A stretch of 6,102 bases of DNA from a virus, in the IMG/VR virus record IMGVR_UViG_3300045988_003907, positions 1 through 6,102 of that record, one strand, 5' to 3'. The notes below the pieces were generated by a model. The model was not told where the DNA came from. It made no database searches and worked only from the letters and a program-made list of their open reading frames with translations. A program made the translations under genes and the position numbers. How positions within the stretch are numbered: position 1 is the first letter of the stretch; each line of letters opens with the position of its first letter. Shown here piece by piece: positions 4,303-6,102 of this stretch.

Positions 4303-4408
4303 AGCAATGACCGGCGCAAAAGACCGCCGTATGTTTAACGTAACCGCACGAAAAACCAAAACTATCAACCTCAGCCAGAAGCCTATGAGAGGCGGCATCC
4401 GGCTGTAA
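4286..4408 (+). CDS. VP8: VP8-type Arg/Lys-rich DNA-binding (packaging) peptide, 40 aa (functional analogue of phiX174 J)
   Basis: Absent from the ORF track because it is too short. ATG 4286 has SD gaagggag (4271..4278, 7-nt spacing). The translation is MARHRKAMTGAKDRRMFNVTARKTKTINLSQKPMRGGIRL*. The basic N-terminus, the RRMF..TA core and the C-terminal MRGGIRL match the gokushovirus ORF8 pattern as I remember it from Chlamydia phages. Confidence 0.8.
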   Translation: MARHRKAMTGAKDRRMFNVTARKTKTINLSQKPMRGGIRL

Positions 4409-4429
4409 AACAAAAGGAGAATAGATATC

Positions 4430-4669
4430 ATGAAGCATGAATATTTTGGCCTGTGGGACAGTGTAGCAAAGTGCTATGCATGGGTAGGCGAAAGCAAGAA
4501 CAGTGCAACGTTCGCACGTATGTGCAATGTGATGGCAAAAGATGAAAAAACGTTTGTCGGACAAGCGCCGGGTGACTACACCGGCTTTAAACTGGCAGTG
4601 TTCGAAGATGAACAGGGCACGTTCGCAAACGACAAGGAAAAGGTATGGGAGGGCAAGCCAAATGAATAA
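4430..4669 (+). CDS. VP5: Small non-structural protein, VP5-like (79 aa); function tentative
   Basis: ATG 4430 has SD aaaggaga (4413..4420). It occupies the position before VP3 typical of gokushovirus VP5. The pattern F.LWDSVAKCY...KNSATFARM...DYTGFKLAVFEDEQGTF resembles that family from memory only. Confidence 0.6.
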   Translation: MKHEYFGLWDSVAKCYAWVGESKNSATFARMCNVMAKDEKTFVGQAPGDYTGFKLAVFEDEQGTFANDKEKVWEGKPNE

Positions 4670-5060
4670 ACGATATGAAGAAGGGCGAGAGCCCTTCTTT
4701 TCTGAATCAGGCGAAAAAATGCGAAAGCAATACGTCTGGACGAAGGACGAAAAAGGACAGGAAGTGCTCCAGGAAACTGCACCAATCGACATCCAGCAGG
4801 AAATTGAAAGCTATGCGGACGAATGTGACATCAAAAGCATTATCAGAAAAGCAAGTTTCGACCCGCAGTTTCTAAAAAGCCTGTCAGAAGGAGCGCTAAA
4901 CGGAACAGAAGTGGACATCACCGAATTCCCGCAGAACATTCACGAGTATCATCGCATGCTAGCGACCGCACAGGCAAACGCCATGAAACTTGAAGAACTG
5001 CAAAAAGCAGCAAAAGAAGAACCAACAGTAGAACCTAAAGCAAAGGAGGAAGAAAAGTGA
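4662..5060 (+). CDS. VP3: VP3 internal scaffolding protein (132 aa)
   Basis: ATG 4662 overlaps the VP5 stop (ATGAATAA) and has SD gggaggg at 4647..4653. The conserved ...ESYADECDIKSIIRKA... (DECDI-type) block and an acidic/Lys-rich C-terminus are present. The gene lies directly upstream of VP1. The track start at 4542 would overlap VP5 by 128 nt and is rejected. Confidence 0.8.
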   Translation: MNKRYEEGREPFFSESGEKMRKQYVWTKDEKGQEVLQETAPIDIQQEIESYADECDIKSIIRKASFDPQFLKSLSEGALNGTEVDITEFPQNIHEYHRMLATAQANAMKLEELQKAAKEEPTVEPKAKEEEK

Positions 5061-6102
5061 ATCGAAACAATGAGCGACACTTTAACCAGATTCCGGAAAT
5101 GAAAGCAAGTCGAACGCGGTTTAATCGTGACCAGACGGTTTTAACAACATTCGATGCCGGCAAGCTGATTCCGTTTTACGTTGATGAAGTATTACCCGGC
5201 GACACATTTAGCGTGGACACGTCGGCAATCGTCCGAATGACAACGCCGAAATTTCCTGTTTTCGATGACGCGTTCATCGACTTTTACTACTTCTACTGTC
5301 CTAACCGTATCTTATGGGACAACTTCAAGCAATTCATGGGAGAAGTAGAGGAAACGCCGTGGATGCCGAAAAGAACCTATACAGTACCCAAAATCATCAT
5401 CTCAGGCAGCAAAGATAACCCGGCGCCATATGAAGAGTCAATACTGGATTACATGGGAATCCCAACGAAAGTTCAAAACGGCTTCATGGTAAACGCACTA
5501 CCAGTCAGAGCATATGTAAAAATCTGGAATGAATTTTTCAGAGATGAAAACGTAGGAAATGCGGCATCCATCAAAACCGATGACAACAACGTAATTTACG
5601 ATGACACAGAAGACGATGGAAACATCGACGGAAATCTGCAACGGGCAAACACGGGCGGCAGATGCTTACCGGTAAACAAGTTTCACGACTACTTCACCAG
5701 CTGCCTACCGTATCCTCAGCGCGGGCCGGAAGTAGTAATGCCGATGCAGGGCAATGCAAGAATAACCGGATACGCAGATGATAAATTCAACGAAAGAGCA
5801 CCCCTATATGTAAACAGCTTTCATGACGGAAGCACAAACCCGGGCAACATCAAAGACAAACTGTATGCAATCGCACAAGATGGAGGCAAAGGATCAGCAT
5901 ACCTAGCCATTGGAGACGGAACAGGCACAGAACATAGCGTGGTATACCTGGGAGCAGACCTCGGAAGCGTAACGGCGGCAACCATCAACGACTTAAGAAA
6001 AGCCGTAGCAGTACAGCAGTACTACGAAGCACTGGCACGCGGTGGCAGCCGTTACCGCGAACAGGTACAAGCACTGTGGGATGTAGTAATCTCTGATAAG
6101 AC
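5057..6102 (+). CDS. VP1: Major capsid protein VP1 (phiX174 F homologue), N-terminal 348 codons plus 2 nt; continues at 182
   Basis: The GTG start at 5057 overlaps the VP3 stop (GTGA) and has the SD aaaggagga at 5042..5050. The translation begins NRNNERHFNQIPEMKASRTRFNRDQTVLTTFDAGKLIPFYVDEVLPGDTFSVD..., the hallmark Microviridae capsid N-terminus. I translated the frame by hand to the window end and found no stop. The ORF track omits it because it has no stop inside the window. Confidence 0.95.
   Translation, partial: MNRNNERHFNQIPEMKASRTRFNRDQTVLTTFDAGKLIPFYVDEVLPGDTFSVDTSAIVRMTTPKFPVFDDAFIDFYYFYCPNRILWDNFKQFMGEVEETPWMPKRTYTVPKIIISGSKDNPAPYEESILDYMGIPTKVQNGFMVNALPVRAYVKIWNEFFRDENVGNAASIKTDDNNVIYDDTEDDGNIDGNLQRANTGGRCLPVNKFHDYFTSCLPYPQRGPEVVMPMQGNARITGYADDKFNERAPLYVNSFHDGSTNPGNIKDKLYAIAQDGGKGSAYLAIGDGTGTEHSVVYLGADLGSVTAATINDLRKAVAVQQYYEALARGGSRYREQVQALWDVVISDK

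Larger units (their letters stand above)
182..6102 (+). other. One complete circular genome unit (5,921 nt) of a gokushovirus-like Microviridae phage
   Basis: 127..181 is identical to 6048..6102, so the right end closes onto position 182. The VP1 reading frame is continuous across that junction. The full Microviridae core gene set is present on one strand. Confidence 0.85.

Noticed and set aside
4542-4661. Upstream extension of VP3 (track start 4542), and the similar N-terminal extensions of track ORFs 3282, 3545 (TTG), 3852 and 4015
   Set aside because: Each extension overlaps the preceding well-supported gene and lacks an SD, whereas an internal ATG with a strong SD at 6 to 10 nt spacing exists (4662, 3330, 3554, 3948, 4075).
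4283-4792. Longest antisense ORF (169 aa), spanning VP8, VP5 and the VP3 start
   Set aside because: The translation is Cys/Phe-rich with no motif and no SD. It lies opposite three tightly packed, motif-supported genes and is most simply a by-product of their composition.
4675-4875. Alternative-frame ORF of 66 aa (basic) nested inside VP3
   Set aside because: Overlapping genes do occur in Microviridae, but there is no SD upstream of ATG 4675 and no recognisable motif. A VP8-type basic peptide is already present elsewhere.
1-6102. Searched by eye for tRNA/rRNA genes, integrase, transposase, toxin-antitoxin pairs and DnaA boxes (TTATCCACA)
   Set aside because: None found. There are no cloverleaf-compatible segments and no recombinase-like ORFs. 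Every ORF over 60 aa on the + strand is accounted for by the phage core genes or the accessory cassette.

Overview
The window holds one complete, circularly permuted genome of a gokushovirus-like member of the Microviridae (small ssDNA phage), plus 181 nt of redundant sequence at the left end. All credible genes are on the + strand. The unique unit is 182..6102 (5,921 nt). The major capsid gene (VP1) starts at 5057, runs off the right edge and resumes at 182, ending at 812 (558 aa in total). The core gene set is recognisable directly from the translations: VP1 capsid, VP2 pilot/minor capsid, VP4 HUH rolling-circle Rep, VP8 Arg-rich DNA-binding peptide (missed by the ORF track), a VP5-like small protein, and VP3 internal scaffold. 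Two things need explaining. (1) The left end is not simple circular overlap. Positions 1..134 are an exact inverted copy of 5969..6102, joined through an 8-nt microhomology to a 55-nt direct repeat of the right end. This is most likely a foldback chimera or assembly artefact, and it creates false ORFs. (2) About 1.55 kb of accessory sequence (2731..4285) sits between VP4 and VP8, which is unusual for such a compact family. It contains a ~600-nt non-coding region with a perfect 16-bp hairpin, two alternating purine-pyrimidine GC tracts, and eight or nine direct TGTTGAAAR iteron-like repeats in two clusters flanking a small palindrome. This is followed by a tightly packed four-gene cassette: an intact LAS/M15-type zinc peptidoglycan peptidase (candidate endolysin with no signal peptide and no visible holin) and three small orphan ORFs. 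Strong AAGGAGG-type ribosome-binding sites before most genes suggest a host that uses Shine-Dalgarno initiation, such as a Firmicutes-like host. That host assignment is inference only. No tRNA, rRNA, CRISPR array, integrase or transposase is visible.
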